Assembly (NCBI GenBank): GCA_044892525.1
Contig: CM097885.1
Coordinates: forward strand, 16,370,001-16,434,000
Source: Schmidtea polychroa
Taxonomy: Eukaryota
Length of the DNA stretch: 64,000 bases
Direction of reading: 5' to 3'
The notes under the pieces were generated by a model. That model ran no database searches. It saw only the letters and a list, made by a program, of their open reading frames with translations, and had not been told where the DNA came from. This document shows, piece by piece, positions 62,181-64,000 of the stretch (its first letter is position 1; every line of letters starts with the position of its first letter). The position numbers were made by a program, and so were the translations under genes.

Positions 62181-64000
62181 CATTATATGGATTTTTAATG
62201 TGCTGATTTGATGTGTTCCTATATATTTGGATTATATATATCGATTTTATTGGGTTAAAATATTTAAATCAAATTTAATGTGGAGATAGGACGTTTTCGA
62301 ATTGTTATATATAATGATTTTATTGGTTATGGTGTTTATGGATTTCAACTTACTGATGAAGTTTTTGAATTAGGAATAATTATTGATTTAATAGATTAGG
62401 GTGATTATATCGATTTTATTGGGTTAGTGTGTTTTTATAGATTTTAACGTGCAGACAGAAGTTTTCGAATATATAAATAAATATTGATATTATCTGGTTA
62501 GGGTGATTATTTCGACATTGTTGGGTTAATTAATATACATTTAATTTGTGAAAATTTTGATCATTTTGATTGTGTTTTTTTGTACACATTTAATTATTGT
62601 TACTAGTGCTTGTCGCTGGGGTTTCTAACTTTGTGTCGAAGTTGAACTAATTAAGAAGAATTTTGTTGTTGAGTGGAATTAATAAACGATATTTATTTAC
62701 ATTTTCACAATAGTATTGAAATGTGAGCGATTCTGACTACTGACTTTTTGCCTGTTTATTGATTTTTAAGTACTAATAATTCTAAGGAATTTTTGCAATT
62801 GTTCTAGAGATGATTTTCTAAATTTTTTTTTAAAATCGACTTCAGGCTTTCAAAATACCTAAAATATGAAAATTTAAAATTGCAGTCGAAAAAACGGCAC
62901 TTTTGAAATATTTTTGACATTACTGATATTCCACAATTGGATGATGATCAAATGAGCAAAGCCACATTTTTAATGATGTAAGTTTTCGTCCTTAAAATAA
63001 AGAGACTTATAATGCTGCTAGAATTGTTGCGCTTCAACAATTTCAGAAGTATCAAAATATTACCACATCGAATTCACGGTAGTTACGTTTGCAAAAATCC
63101 AACTATCTTACCCTTCTTGAAATTCCTTTAATTTCTTTATACTTATGGCCTCCGTATATTATTTTTCCACTACCATAACTGACTACCTTAATTCAAATTC
63201 GTTGGACTTCGTTCTTTTCATTCTCAATAATTTTATTGAGTTGTCATCTTTGATAATTACTTTTTGATAGTAAAATTTGGCTACACAATTTTTAATTTAT
63301 TTTTATTTTAATTTAAATAATCAATTATTTTTATCATTAAGATATTTTCAAAACATATATTAAAAAATTTTTAAATGATATTTTTTTCACATACAACCTA
63401 ATTTAATACTCAATTTATAACTTTTAAAAAATATATAAAATTATTTAACTATAAATATTAAATTATTAACCATTTAATCTATTTGAAATCGACATAAACT
63501 ATATAAAAACATTAAAAATACAATTTCCTCCAGGATTTTGTACACTAATTTTCGAATTCAATGATCTTATTAACAACGTTTGATATATTCATACTGTTGT
63601 GAATTGAATTGAGGCATCCCCCTGGGGTGCGCATTCAATCAAATCTTTGATGCAAAATTTTTAATTAAATGGTGTGTCTCACGATGGAAGGGTGTGTGCT
63701 TGAGTTGGCATGCTTTATATGTTAAGTTTTCTAGAATTTTGAGAATATTAATTTTATTCTAGTGTGTAAGGATATTTTGGTTTGAGGTGTTGAATCAATT
63801 AAAGTTTTTGAATATTGGAATTTACTTCAGTTATTTTAAATTGTTGATCGACCTAGACATCGAGTAGTTAAAGTTGGTAAAGGTAAAAAAGAGAGCTATG
63901 TTTGTGATAAGACTCAGTGTAAGAGGCGTATTTTAACTTTGAATTTTCCAATTGAACACAATATTGGTCCTAACTGGGATTCTATGAGAAAGATCAGGCT

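Noticed and set aside
62530..64000. Coding or transposase remnants at the window end
   Set aside because: No ORF or motif could be recognised with confidence.

Overview
Very AT-rich, intron-rich eukaryotic (animal) genomic DNA, not prokaryotic. The many 40-60 nt GT-AG introns and the transposon spectrum suggest an invertebrate such as a planarian, but this is inference only. Five host genes could be assembled by hand. These are the last exon of a TMEM104-like gene (+, 2860-3768), an intronless DNA2 nuclease/helicase (-, 6445-9627), a complete 8-exon second TMEM104-like paralogue (-, 10843-19511), a ~16-exon GIGYF-like GYF-domain gene (+, 23720-41867) and a 14-exon TXNDC11-like gene (+, 48792-61804). 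Introns and intergenic DNA are filled with hAT, piggyBac and pogo/Tigger MITEs (several with clean TIRs and TSDs), a solo LTR, a deleted hATm element, decayed transposases, and mini- and microsatellites. The most unusual signal is endogenous Polinton/Maverick-like viral DNA. A decayed packaging ATPase sits head-to-head with a decayed, intronless TATA-binding-protein-like gene and an unknown ORF (45.4-46.8 kb), between two related terminus-like repeats. A separate decayed Polinton-type PolB lies at 22-23 kb. All exon coordinates and family calls come from manual translation and motif recognition; no searches were run.
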